Notes: generated by a model not told the origin, from the letters alone. Positions 1 through 13,300 are shown, counted from the stretch's first letter. The stretch is DNA of 64,000 bases from Octopus sinensis (GCF_006345805.1 NC_043007.1:71920001-71984000), one strand, 5' to 3'. Program-made: numbers and translations.

Positions 1-264
1 TTGGAATCTTAAGAATATTTTAAACAAAGCATCTTTGTGTCAACCACCTCCAGGTCGTTTCAGTTGGTGTAAAATGGGTTAATGACTTTTGTTTAATTTT
101 ATTCTCATGAGAAAAGAAATCTTTTAGGATGATCATAACACACACACACACAGACATATACTTACACATACAAATACATGAAACATGCACACATGAAAAC
201 TCACATTCATACTCACAAAAGCTTAAACACATAAACACATACACACAAACACATGCACGCGCGT

Positions 265-319
<55 letters not shown>

Positions 320-552
320 CACACACAACTCAATCTTGTTCTATTTCAACAATGAGCTTTCGGCTGTAATTTCAACTAATGATCTTATGATTCTAATGAC
401 TCAATGAATTAATGTAGAAGTGGATGAATATTCCACACACACATATATGATTAATGTAAACTAGTAGGATTCTTGGAACTTCCACACAATGGAAACAATT
501 AAGAGGACCAATTTAAGAAAGAAAGGATGATTTGCATTTTTATAGCATTCAT

Positions 553-950
553 ACTCTTTTACATGTTTCCGTCATTTGACTGTGGCCATGCTGGAGCACT
601 GCCTTTAGTCGAGCAAATCGACCCCAGGACTTATTCTTTGTAAGCTTAGTACTTATTCTATCAGTCTCTTTCTGCCGAACCGCTAAGTTACAGGGACATA
701 AACACACCAGCATCAGTTGTCAAGCGATGTTGGAGGGACAAACACAGACACACAAGCACACACACATTTATATACATATATGTATATACGACGGGCTTCT
801 TTCAGTTTCCGTCCACCAAATCCACTCACAAGGTTTTGGTCGGCCCGAGGCTATAGTAGAAGACACTTGCCCAAGGTATCATGCAGTGGGACTGAACCCG
901 GAACCATGTGGTTGGTGAGCAAACTACATATCACACAACCAATCCTGCAC
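553..950 (-). mobile_element. SINE family A (tRNA head, CORE-like segment, internal microsatellite, AGTAAAAG tail)
   Basis: One of ~19 full or partial copies; head GGAGTGGCTGTGTGGTAAG..GGTTCAGTCCC, CORE-like CACCTTGGGCAAGT. Partial copies also at ~29.5, 42.7, 57.7, 58.6 and 62.1 kb. Confidence 0.85.
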
Positions 951-2615
951 CTAGTTCAGCATCCTTTAAATATTCATAGTTTAGCTTTCTTTAAATATTC
1001 TTGACCGAATTGAACCAGCCAGGACCCCTGGTCTGGTGGTACGCAAAAAGCACTATCCAACCGTGGCCGTTGCCAGCCTCGCCTGGCACCTGTGCAGGTG
1101 GCACGTAAAAAGCACCCACTACACTCAGGGAGTGGTTGGCATTAGGAAGGGCATCCAGCTGTGGAAACATTGCCAGATAAGACTGGAGCCTGGTGCAGCC
1201 TTCTGGCTTCCCAGATCCCCGGTCGAACCATCCAACACATGCTAGCATGGAGAACGGACGTTAAACGATGATGATGATGATGATGATGATGATTCATTAG
1301 CATTCATTTTTCTCATGTCTCCATTGGTGTTGTCTTTTACCTCTTTTTGTTATGTCTTCTCACTGTTGCTCTATATTTGTACATCCTTTCTTACGCAGCT
1401 TGCAACTGTTTCTTGTGAATCCAGAGTTTAGGCTAAATTAACCCTTGCAAACAAATATTAATTTTTTAAGCGAGCAGACAATAAATAATTGCACTTATGC
1501 ACAAGCTTTAAGCAATAGTTGTGTAGCGGACTCTCTCTCTCTGTTATATATACATGAAAACGGATGTAGTAGATTACAGCTAGCCTTCGGCTGCTCTTTT
1601 GGACCCTGTTGTGTCCATTACTCTGATTGGTTGGTATTAGTGCAATTTGTCTCTTGCTCTGTTACGTGCCAATGTGCAACCCAACCAATCGCAGCCTTTT
1701 GATAAGGTCATGCGAGACAGTTGTTTCCAAACATTCCAGTGAGCCGATAGTTCTCTATGAAAAACTAGCTTCAACACCAAGTCGAGGTCAGTTGGTTCAG
1801 ACCCTTTTAGGTCTAGCCGCTGACCACACAGGACACAGCCAGTTCCAGCGACAACACCAGCAGCCACATTGGAGACTCAACATTCGTCCAACAGCATACA
1901 GCAATCTCCATTTTCTTCGCCTTCATCTTAACGTCATCAACATCTCTTTAAGTACACAGCAACCAACAACTTGTCAGGTCCTACTCCTCACTGTTTGTGA
2001 ATTACTTCACCAAGGTTAACAGCAAATACAACCTGCGAGAACTCCTGTACCAAGTAACCTGGCTCTGCATAGTATCCACAGCTTCCTGCATGACATGTGC
2101 CTCAATCGGCTCTTCTTCTTTGCCTCAACTTCTTGTTACAGTACTTCAACTATTGTGTAGCTCGACTACAAACTAGTATTTATTATCATTATGTCTGAAC
2201 ATTCTTCTAGCATCCTATTATAGACTCTTTCAATACTCTGTACTTATCTCACACAATTCCATCCATGCACAGAAATACACATTATGTATACATGACGGCC
2301 TGTCTATTGTTATTATTATTATTATTATGCGTATATGGCGCACACACAGACACACATATTAACCTATCAATAAAATCTTCTCTTAACATTCTATCAGTTG
2401 TGTCTCTCTTTTCCTTCTGGCACTCTAACTCATTTATCCTTTTTCATGTATATTGTAAATGATCGTGCGATGTATTAAGGGAGCCATTCATGGCACCTCT
2501 CCTTTGCACAGTCGTTCTACAGTTGTTATAAAGAAAATATAAGTTCAATAAAAAAATACTTTTCACTATCAACACACCACCACCACCACCACACCACCAC
2601 CACCTCTGCTGTCTG

Positions 2616-2652
<37 letters not shown>

Positions 2653-3504
2653 ACTATAACTGCCTCCCCTGTCCATCACTATCTACCTTTCCCTTCAGCT
2701 TAACATTTTAACCACATGATAAGTATTCTTCCTCCCCGTGGTGCATATCGTTAACACTCCTCTTCTTTCTTCATCCCTCCCTCTCTTTCTCACTCTTACT
2801 CTACCTCACACTCACGCCACCTCCACCTTCCTAACTAACTAATATATAATGGGCGAATGAACAAGAAGATTATTATTTCATCTGTCGCTACGTTCTGAGT
2901 TCAAATTCTGCACTAGGGTCGATATAATCGACTTAATCCCTTTGTCTGTACTTGTTTGTCCCCTCTATGTTTAGCCCCTTGTGGGCAGTAAAGAAATATA
3001 TATAGGTTTTTAGGCCAAATCTGCATAACATGAAATGATGAGGTTAGACCTCTAAATAAAATTCATGTGATAGGGCTTCCCAACAGTTTTCATTGACCCA
3101 ATTTCCCTGCCAAGGATTGATCAACCAGCCTGAAGGTAAGGTAGAGGATACCTACTTAAGATACTGCACAGTGAAGTTGAACCAGGGACCTTTGCACTGT
3201 TATGTGAACTTCTTAACCATACCACAATAAGTGTGTGTGTGTGTATGTGTGTGTGTGTGTGTATGTGTGTGTGTATGTGTGTGTGTGTGTATGTGTGTGT
3301 GTGTGTGTGCATTCATGTTTATATAAACATACATATATCTACATACATGCACACATAAACACACAAACACACATGCACACACATATATACATACACAAAC
3401 ATTCACACGCAGACACACACATATACACATGCAAACACACATTCACACACATGCATACACACACACATAAGGCACACACACACACTCACATACACACATG
3501 CACG

Positions 3505-3542
<38 letters not shown>

Positions 3543-4042
3543 GAATATAGGTGTGGAGTAAGTGAAGCTTTATGAGTTAGGGGCAGCTTTGTTTACTCAA
3601 GGGAGAACAGGACTTTCGGGTTTTCAGGTTGATTTTTTGAGTGAGGGAAAGATTTTCTAACTAGTGAAATGAAAGCTGTCGCCGTCTTCATTGACTTACC
3701 ATTCACTTTTCCATGCTTGCATGTCAGACAGAATTTGTTGAGACAAGTTTTTTTCATAGCCTGATACCCTTTCTTATCACCAAACCTCATTTGGTCGAAG
3801 CTGATGATAAAACTTAGGTAAATTAGTTATTTTTTGTTAAACATAAACTAGTCCACCTATGCATCAGTTGAGCACTAGGCATGCTGTGATTGACTATCTC
3901 TGTACCCCAAAATTTCAGGTATTCTACCTATAGTAGGAAGGACTATTAAGGCATATATGCTCCCGTGCATACTAAAGCCTGTTTTTTTTTTTCAGTTATG
4001 GGGACTTATATGCCTTAATATTAGACTATTTTCTATATATAT

Positions 4043-4451
4043 AGGTGTAGGAGTGGCTGTGTGGTAAGTAGCTTGCTTACCAACCACATGGTTCTGGGTT
4101 CAGTCCAACTGCATGGCACCTTGGGCAAGTGTCTTCTACTATAGCCTCGGGTCGACCAAAGCCTTGTGAGTGGATTTGGTAGATGGAAACTGAAAGAAGC
4201 CCGTCGTATATATGTATATATATATGTGTGTTTGTGTGTGTTCATGTGTCTGTGTTTGTCCCCCCAACATCGCTTGATAACCGATGCTAGTGTGTTTGCG
4301 TCCCCCGTAACTTAGCGGTTCAGCAAAAGGGACCGATAGAATAAGTACTAGGCTTACAAAGAATAAGTCCTAGAGTCGATTTGCTCGACTAAAGGCAGTG
4401 CTCCAGCATGGCCACAGTCAAATGACTGAAACAAGTAAAAGAGTAAAAGAG
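4043..4451 (+). mobile_element. SINE family A, full length
   Basis: Complete head-to-tail match to the other copies. Confidence 0.9.
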
Positions 4452-4945
4452 ATATTGACTGATATTCTATAGTCAATGTATGGTGAAGGTTCATAATTTT
4501 ATTTACAAAATTCACTCCCCACTGTTTCTTTATTCATGCAGAATTCATACATTTTATCAAATCAATTATACTTTTTCTGAGATCAAGAGAAACTGCCGGC
4601 CACATTTTTCTTCAGTAATCTACAAAGAAAGAAAATGAATTCAAAAAGAGTTGTGTGTAAATATCCAGATATTCTTTATTTTGACTGGCAAAAACAACTT
4701 AATTTTCTCCACATTTGCTAAATTTTGAGAAACAGTTTCCATAGGTTTTTGAACAATTGTTGAAATATTTTATATGACCGGAGAAAGAAAAAAAACCCCA
4801 CTCTCTTCATATGATTAAAAAACAGAAAATAAATATGTTTAATGTTATATGTTCATAGTAACAATATTTCTCTTTTATTGATCCTTAAATATAGCATGTT
4901 AGAAATATAATTTATACATATTTTATTATTATTATTATTATTATT

Positions 4946-5307
4946 GAGTGAGAGAGCAGTGCATGCCAGCTAAGTGATACCGGGGTAAAATATATAAAGC
5001 CCAGAATACCCATCGTGACTACCTGTCTGATAAGGGTACACCAGGCACATGCATCACAACCAAACGTGCGCAACAAAGTGATCTCATATCAAGATAAACA
5101 GCGCATGACCTCGCAGGTAGAACCCTGTTAGAATTTTCTTCAAGTCGAGTAGCCCATCCTGCTCTAATGGTCCTTGAATAAGGGTTGTTTAAGGATGTTT
5201 AAGGTTGTTTCCAGAGGTGAATTATTCAAACTCCAAATAAATCCTCTCAACACATGGCTACGATGTTTCCCCAATTTTCTCTCAATACATGGCTATTTTG
5301 TTCCCCC
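4946..5307. mobile_element. Non-coding insertion splitting an (ATT)n microsatellite
   Basis: ~360-bp block with (ATT)n directly on both sides (4924-4945, 5308-5363); family not identified. Confidence 0.45.
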
Positions 5308-5330
5308 AATTATTATTATTATTATTATTA

Positions 5331-5366
<36 letters not shown>

Positions 5367-5487
5367 ACCAAGTGATTAATAATATACATTGTTATAGAGG
5401 AAACTGAAAAGGTCAAATAAGAATGGATTGGATTAATAAATATGTGTCAGTGTGAGTATATGAATACATGTATCTGTATGTGTGTGC

Positions 5488-5530
<43 letters not shown>

Positions 5531-5555
5531 TAAACATAATATATGTAAATATGTA

Positions 5556-5603
<48 letters not shown>

Positions 5604-6344
5604 CATAATATATTATATATTATATATAAATAAACTTACATAGCTATAAATTTAACATACATAAAGTGACCATTTCTTGTTTGTGCATGTTTGTATATAC
5701 ATATATTTATGTGTTGATAAGTGTGTGTACATGTGTATTTGATTGATATATATATATATATATATATTAAATATATGCATCACTTATATGTATTTATACC
5801 TATGAATCAATCTATATATAGTACATATATATTGATACAATATATCCATATATATGTCATATGCATGTTTATCTATGTATTAATCTACACAAATATACAT
5901 ACACACACAAAAACAACCCTGTCACCGCTTTTGACAAATAAATGCTTGAGTCCTTTAGTTGACTAATATTATTTATTATAGTATATACATGTTCAAGTAT
6001 TGTACAGACGCTTCTTACTCTCCACACAAACCTCAAGTGAAATCAGACTACACTGTGAGACATTTTTATTCGTCCATCGGATGAGGTGACCAAAGAATCT
6101 CTGGTCTATCTATTTTCACTCACAAAACTTGGGTGGACCCAGTGCTATGATTGATGATAAATACTCAAAATGTCACACACTTGGTTTGGAGACTCAGATT
6201 ACAGGATTGAACTGCTAACTTCATAACCACAGAGCCACTGACCAATAATTCTGTATAATTACATACACACACACACGTACATACATACATACATACATAC
6301 ATACATACATACATACATGTATATATATGTATATGTGTCAACCC

Positions 6345-6755
6345 GCTGTGCTTGAGGAGACCTATTGAGTCAAGTACATGAACATCGAAATAAATATCAA
6401 TGGAAATAGTAGTTGTGATACCTGTGCCGGTGGCACATAAAAAGCACCATCCGAATATGGCCGATGCCAGCACCGCCTTGACTGGCTTCTGTGCCAGTGG
6501 CACATAAAAAGCACCATCAAAACGTGGCCGATGCCAGCGCTGCCTTGACTGGCTTCCATGCCGGTGGCACGTTAAAAGCACCCACTACACTCACGGAGTG
6601 GTTGGTGTTAGGAAGGGTATCCAGCTGTAGAAACACTGCCAGATCAGACTGGAGCCTGGTGCAGCCTCCTGGCTTCCCAGACCCCGGTCGAACCGTCCAA
6701 CCCGTGCTAGTGTGGAAAACGGACGTTAAACGATGATGATCATGATGATGATGAT
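6345..6755 (+). mobile_element. (GAT)n-tailed retroposon family D with internal 67-bp tandem units
   Basis: Ends GGAAAACGGACGTTAAAC(GAT)n; units start at 6425, 6492 and 6559. Other copies at 1003-1291 (+), 9832-10145 (+), 12017-12122 (-), 12243-12298 (-). Confidence 0.8.
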
Positions 6756-6928
6756 ACATACATACATACATATACATGCACATCATTTAATATACACAAT
6801 TACAAAAGAGCTACAAATAGTTGTTTCATGCTTTAAGATCCATAAAACTGATTGACTTATAAAACAGGGGATGTATCTCAGTTCATAATGTTATATGTAT
6901 TTGCTACTATATATGTATATGTATGTAT

Positions 6929-7492
6929 TAAGAGATGCTTGCATCTCTCCTGACACATGGGAAGTCATAGCTATTGATCGTAGCAAGTGGAGAAGGATTG
7001 TGCATGAGGGGACAGCCACATTTGAGAAATCTCGAGTTGCACATGAGAAAGTAAGGAGGAATGTCAGGAAGGGCATCGCTGTTACACTTCCAGAAGGGGA
7101 GGGTCTTCCTTTGATTCTGACATGCAATGTCTGTGCAAGACCCTGCCTCAGTAAAGCTGGACTCATGAGTCATCTTCGTAGTCATAAAGTGAGACAGATG
7201 AGTGACAACCTGGCCACTGGTGGTGGTGTAACACACCATACTAATCATATCTGTCGGCCATGTGGAAGAGAGTGTTATTCGGCAGGAGGACTTAAACAAC
7301 ATGCAAAGGTACATGAAGCCCAGTTACAACTACAGCCGGCTATTACCAGTAAAGGTTTTAGTTGCCAATTTTGTACAAGACATTGTAGATCTTTAGCTGG
7401 GCTAAAAAGTCACATTCGATCACAGCACCAGTAACAGTTAAGCTTCGTGCAATGGCCATACTCGATAACGAGGGGGCAGCCATAATAATAAT
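6929..7492 (+). mobile_element. 5'-truncated RTE-clade LINE 3' end with three C2H2 zinc fingers
   Basis: ISPDTWEVIAIDRSKWRRIVHEG..FE is the RTE/BovB-type post-RT motif; three CxxC-x12-H fingers; stop at 7434; short 3' UTR ending GCAGCC(ATA)n. Confidence 0.75.
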
Positions 7493-7496
7493 ATAA

Positions 7497-7527
<31 letters not shown>

Positions 7528-8097
7528 AATATACATATATTTTCATATAAAAATTTCTGTTAGCTTGCTTTTCCTCCTTTCAACACACTGTGTATTTATA
7601 GTAAAATATTGTATGTAGTTAAATGATATAAAGTCTATTTTTTTCTCAGCATATTGGCATAGAAATTTTTTCTTTTGCCTGTATTTATAATTATTTATAA
7701 TTTTCACCTTAAAAGATATTTTAATATGCTGGCCACTGATAACATTTTAGGAATATATATACATAGATATACATATATACACACACACACACACACATAT
7801 ATATACATACACATATATACACATATATACATATACATACATATATAAATACATACATATATGTATATATATGTATGTATATATGCATATATACATATGT
7901 ATATCTGCATATACACACACACACACACATACAGGCATACATACATACTACACATACATACATACACACGTACATACATCCATACATACAACACATCATA
8001 TTCAAAGACATATTATGCATTTGTGTGCACACATTTATGTGTGTGCATGTGTATGTACTTGTATACCTGTATCTGCGGGAGGTGTCATCATATATGT

Positions 8098-8143
<46 letters not shown>

Positions 8144-8297
8144 GAAATCATTTGTACAAATATATATATGATTGCAACAGTTATGTTTAGAGATGTATAT
8201 GGATTAGCATAACCCAGTTTGCTTCCTTAAGTAACTTCTATACTGAATTGGGCTGGTAGTTATGAGAAATGTAGGAGAAATACATATATATATATAT

Positions 8298-8714
8298 AGG
8301 TGTAGGAGTGGGTGTGTGGTAAGTAGCTTGCTTACCAACCACATGGTTCTGTGTTCAGTCCCACTGTGTTGCAATTTGGGCAGGTGTCTTCTACTATAGC
8401 CTTGCGCTGACCAAAGCTTTGTGAGGGGATTTGGTAGACAGAAACTGAAAGAAGCACATCACATATATATATATATATATATATATATGCGTGTGTGTGT
8501 GTATCTTTGTGTGTCTGTGTTTGTCCCCACCAACATCGCTTGACAGCTGATGCTGGTATGTTTATATTGCTGTAACTTACCAGTTCAGCAAAAGAGACCG
8601 ATAGAATAAATACTGGGCTTACAAAAAATAAGTCCTGAGGTTGATTTGCTCGACTGAGGGCAGTGCCTCAGCATGGCCACAGTCAGATGACTGAAAGAAG
8701 TAAAAGAATAAAAG

Positions 8715-8715
<1 letters not shown>
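8298..8715 (+). mobile_element. SINE family A, full length
   Basis: Matches the family; a partial copy follows at ~8800-8910. Confidence 0.85.
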
Positions 8716-8768
<53 letters not shown>

Positions 8769-9096
8769 TATACACATACATACATACACACATAGGCATA
8801 CATGGTTTTGGGTTCAGTCCCACTGCGTGGCACTTTGGGTAGGTGTCTTCCGCTATAGCCCCGAGCCAACCGGAGCTTTGTGATTGAATTCGGTAGGTGG
8901 AAGTTACTGCCGTGTGTGTATGTGTGCTTATAGCTGTTCAGTGCCTCTCCGAAAGAGTGAGAGGGATATCTATATATATATATATTGGCCTGGTCGCTTA
9001 GCCAGCGGGGTGGCGTCATTCGAAGGCTAAAACAATGCAAACGCATTGTGACCAGCGATGCGTAACAACATCTGATGGTCTGGTCGGTCACGTGAT

Positions 9097-9145
<49 letters not shown>

Positions 9146-9152
9146 ACATACA

Positions 9153-10365
9153 TACAAGGTCTTATCAATAAGTTGGACTGTTACCATAATAACAAAACTA
9201 AAGCACACAGAGTGAAGCTTCTTGGCAAAGATTCACCTTGAACTCTGTTGTGCATGCACATTAAGTTTTAACGTTCTAGCTCACTTCCACTGTTTACAGC
9301 AGTGCTTGGAAGGAAGGTGTGTAGCATGTGATCATCACGTTGACCGTGACAGGAGAAAGTTGTCATGGCAATACCTGCTCAGAGGCTTGCACAAAGTTGC
9401 AGAGAGTGTATGGAGAGGAGTGTATGAGCCACATACACGTGCACAAGTGGTTCAGACGTTTCCAAGATGGCTGAGAAAATGTTGATATTGACAAACGTTC
9501 TGAGAGGCCCCTACAACCAGTAGAACTGAGTAAAACATCGCCGATATGTGTGGAGCTGTGAGGGGAAATCATTAATCACCATCCATGAGTTATCAGCAGA
9601 TATGCAGATTAGTTATGGTTCAGTTCAGTCAGTTATCACTGGAGATTTGGGTATAAAACATGTGTTTGTCTAGTTTGTGCCAAGACTGCTTTCAGCTGAC
9701 CAAAAAGACACTTGGGTTTCAGTTGCACAAGATCGCCTTGAGTGTGTCGAGAACGATGAAAACTTTTTGAAAACATTTTGTAGGCTTCTCAGCAGGTATT
9801 GCCAAGCTTTTGGCAAAAATTGATATAGATTACTGGCTTCTGTGCCGGTGGCACATAAAAAGCACCATCCGAACGTGGTGATGCCAGCGCCGCCTTGACT
9901 GGCTTCCGTGCCGGTGGCACGTTAATAGCACCAACCGATCGTGGCCGATGCCAGGCTCACCTGGCACGTAAAAAGCACCCACTACACTCGCGGAGTGGTT
10001 GACGTTAGGAAGGGCATCCAGCTGTAGAAATACTGCCAGATCAGACTGGAGCCTGGTGCAGCCCCTGGCTTCCCAGACCCCAGTCGAACCGTCCAACCCG
10101 TGCTAGCGCGGAAAACAGATGTTAAACGATGATGATGACGATGATTCTCTGTTCAGCTTTCTCTGTCATAGTCAATACGATTATAACACACTATATATGT
10201 TCCTTTTGAGTACCACTGTACACAGCAGAAGTGAACTAAAAGATCAAAGCTTAGTGCACTTGCACAACAGAGTTTAAGCTCAATTCTGTATCAAGTGGCT
10301 TCACATTGCATGTTTTAGCCTTGTTACTATGGCAACAGTCCGGATATTTATTGATCAAACCACAT
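9153..10365 (+). mobile_element. Mariner-derived element with ~210-bp inverted ends
   Basis: N-terminal transposase remnants KLQRVYGEECMS..VHKWFRRFQDG..D.DKRSERP and ISYGSVQSVITGDLG..FVPRLLSADQK; 9153-9362 and 10153-10365 are imperfect inverted copies; TA-repeat flanks; a GAT-tailed retroposon is inserted at 9832-10145. Confidence 0.75.
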
Positions 10366-10398
10366 ATATATGTGTGTGTGTATATACATATATATAAC

Positions 10399-10431
<33 letters not shown>

Positions 10432-10485
10432 CATATATATATTTATATATATATTTATATATATATATATATTTATATATATGTA

Positions 10486-10560
<75 letters not shown>

Positions 10561-10656
10561 CTGTATGTATGCATATATATATATATGTATGTATATTGTG
10601 AGTATATATATACATATATATATATGTATATATACATATGTATGTATATATGTGTG

Positions 10657-10692
<36 letters not shown>

Positions 10693-10699
10693 TGTATGC

Positions 10700-10775
<76 letters not shown>

Positions 10776-10776
10776 G

Positions 10777-10945
10777 GGGGCAGGAGTGGCTGTGTCGTAA
10801 GTAGTTTGCTTACCAACCACATGGTTCAGGGTTCAGTCCCACTGCGTGGCACCTTGGGCAAGTATCTTTGGGCTGACCAAAGCTTTGTGGGTGGATTTGG
10901 TAGACGGAAACTGAAAGAAGCCCGTCATATATATATATATGTATA

Positions 10946-10981
<36 letters not shown>

Positions 10982-11217
10982 TGTATGTATGTATGTATGA
11001 GTGTGTATATGTTTGTGTCTATATTTGTTCCCCCAACATCGCTTGACAACCGATGCCAGTGTGTTTACGTCCCTATAACTTAGCAGTTCGGCAAACTAGA
11101 CTGGTAGAATAAGTACTAGGCTTACAAAGAATAAGTCCTGAGGGCGATTTGCTGGACTGAAGGTGGTGCTCCAGTATGGCCGCAGTCAAATGCTTGAAAC
11201 AAGTAAAAGAGTAAAAG
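10777..11217 (+). mobile_element. SINE family A
   Basis: Matches the family, with a small internal deletion. Confidence 0.85.
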
Positions 11218-11442
11218 ATATATATATATATCAAAGCAAAAATGCTAGTCCTAAAATCTCTCTAAGAAATCAACACAGTAGTTGTACTAACAAGTAATGT
11301 TCGTAGTCACTTCAACATGGCTGTCTGTTCGAATGGACTTTACTACAATTTTTTGATCCCATGAGCACATCTCTTCTAGCTGGTTAATGACGCACAGGCT
11401 GCATCTGATACATTGTGAGCAGGGGAGCAAACCCCTACAACC

Positions 11443-11497
<55 letters not shown>

Positions 11498-11557
11498 ATG
11501 TGTGTATGCATATATTTACACTCATACACACATGCTTTCATACATAATTCTCTTTAG

Positions 11558-11843
11558 TCTTTATATATAAAATTGAAGTTGTGTGTGTGAGACTCTGTCT
11601 CCCTCAATTTAGATTCCTAACTACTCCCACATTTTGCGGTGCAGTTTAACCAAAAGCGGGTATCTTATAGTCGTCATTCATATCGAGCCCTTCTGGGTAT
11701 TAGCGTGCGTCTACGATGAGTCTACGATTTTAAAAGAAATTTACCATCATTTTTCCGCATTTTTAATGATTTTTGCTCAGGTTATATAAGGGAAGTAACT
11801 CTCTAAAAATGTTTATATAGTTATTTCCCTTACAAACTGCTAG
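11558..11843 (+). mobile_element. Non-autonomous Helitron-like element
   Basis: 5' TCTTTATATATAAAATTGAAGTTGT resembles the 24497 element; 3' CTAG|T; the subterminal hairpin is absent. Confidence 0.5.
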
Positions 11844-12173
11844 TTATATATATATTTTATTATGTCTCAAAATGTAAAATACAATGGGACATGTTAAAAA
11901 GATTTTGTCTTGTTTGTTATTAGTATATCATGAGAATTCTTGTTATCAGTACACACACACACATATATATGATGTATGTATGTATGTATGTATATGTATA
12001 TATATATATATATATATCATCATCATCATCATCACCATCATCGTTTAACGTCCGCTTTCCATGCTAGCATGGGTTGGACGGTTCAACTGGGGTCTGGGGA
12101 GCCCGAAGGCTGCACCAGGCCAGTCATATATATATATATATATATACTTTATTTTAAGCAGCAGAAAATTCAA

Positions 12174-12223
12174 CAAAATCTGTTACTCTGAGTTTCTCGT
12201 TGCTGTTCATCAGACAGTTTTTG
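12174..12223 (-). ncRNA. Hammerhead ribozyme-like motif in a Penelope-like fragment
   Basis: Minus strand CAAAAACTGT-CTGATGA-acagcaacga-GAAACTCAGAG-TA-ACAGATTTTG: stem I 9/10 paired, near-palindromic stem III, GUA triplet; stem II weak. Confidence 0.45.
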
Positions 12224-12437
12224 CTATATATATATATATATATCATCATCATCATCATCATCACCATTTAGCGTCCGCTTTCCATGCTAGCATGGGTTAT
12301 ACATGCATACATACATATGTACATATATATGTATGTATGTGTTTATATACTCTTTACTCTCTCTTTTACTCTTTTATATATATATATATACTCACACATG
12401 TACATACATGCAAACACACACACACACTCACATGCAT

Positions 12438-12507
<70 letters not shown>

Positions 12508-12895
12508 AGGCATAGCTGTGTGGTAAGAAGCTTGTTTCCCAATGTCATGGCTTCAGCTTTGGTCACCTTGTGTAGCCTCTTGGACAAGTGTCTTCTACTA
12601 TAGCCTCCATCTTATTTAAGCCTTGTGAATAGTTTTGGTGGACGGAACTTGGAAGAAACCCGTCGTACATATTTATATCTATGTTTGTGTCTTTGTGCTT
12701 GTGTTTGTCCCCAGCACCGTTAAACAACCTGTGCGGGTGTGTTTATGTCCCTGTAACTTAGTGGTTCAGCAAAATAGACCAATAGAATAAGTACCAGGTT
12801 TAAAAAAAGTACTGGTGTCTATGCATTCAACTAAAAATTCTCCAAGCTGGGGCCCTAGAATGGTCGCAGACTAATGGCTAAAACAAATAAGCAAC
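12508..12895 (+). mobile_element. SINE family A, older subfamily
   Basis: Diverged match to the family. Confidence 0.75.
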
Positions 12896-12900
12896 GAATA

Positions 12901-13300
12901 AGGTGGTGAGCTGGTAGAAACGCTAGCACGCCGGGTAAAATGCTTAGTGGTGTTTCATCTGCTGGTATGTTCTGAGTTCAAATTCCGCCAAGATCAACTT
13001 TGCCTTTCATTCTTTCGGGGTCGATAAATTAAGTATCAGTTATGCACTGGGGTCGATGTAATCGACTTAATCCCTTTGTCTGTTCTTGTTTGTCCTCTCT
13101 GTGTTTAGCCCCTTGTGGGTAGTAAAGAAATAGGTATGTTCTGAGTTCAAATTCCGCTGAGATCAACTTTGCCTTTCATCCTTTTGGGGTCGATAAATTA
13201 AGTATTAGTGATGCACTGGGGTCGATGTAATCGACTTAATCCCTTTGTCTGTCCTTGTTTGTCCCCTCTATGTTTAGCTCCTTGTGGGCAATAAAGAAAT
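12901..13300 (+). mobile_element. SINE family B with tandemly duplicated 3' half
   Basis: GGCGGCGAGCTGGCAGAA-type head, GAGTTCAAATTCC B-box-like motif, TTTCATCCTTTCGGGGTCGATAAA (Deu/Nin-like central domain). About 20 copies in the window, e.g. ~2.9, 14.7-15.4, 25.5, 26.4, 29.1, 31.8, 32.7, 33.6, 34.3, 37.0, 40.4, 47.2, 51.3 and 55.9 kb. Confidence 0.85.

Noticed and set aside
20-407. ORFs rich in CV/HT/YI/IY dipeptides here and throughout (e.g. 3.1-3.5, 7.7-8.2, 10.3-11.0, 23.7-24.4, 52.6-53.4, 53.9-55.2, 61.7 kb)
   Set aside because: They are translations of (CA)n, (TA)n and (TATC)n microsatellites, with no domain structure.
717-1004. Recurring peptides such as RRASFSFRLPNPLTRLWSARGYSRRHLPK and YLIYRPRKDERQSRPRRNLNS, which look like a gene family
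   Set aside because: These are chance frames through non-coding SINE families A and B.
1522-2170. Possible solo LTR (TGTAG...CTACA) and the 130-aa ORF at 1627-2019
   Set aside because: No matching TSD, no second copy in the window, and no recognisable protein motif.
6421-6580. Regularly spaced palindromic repeats resembling a CRISPR array (also 49365-49661)
   Set aside because: The spacers are themselves repeated, the context is eukaryotic, and there are no cas genes.
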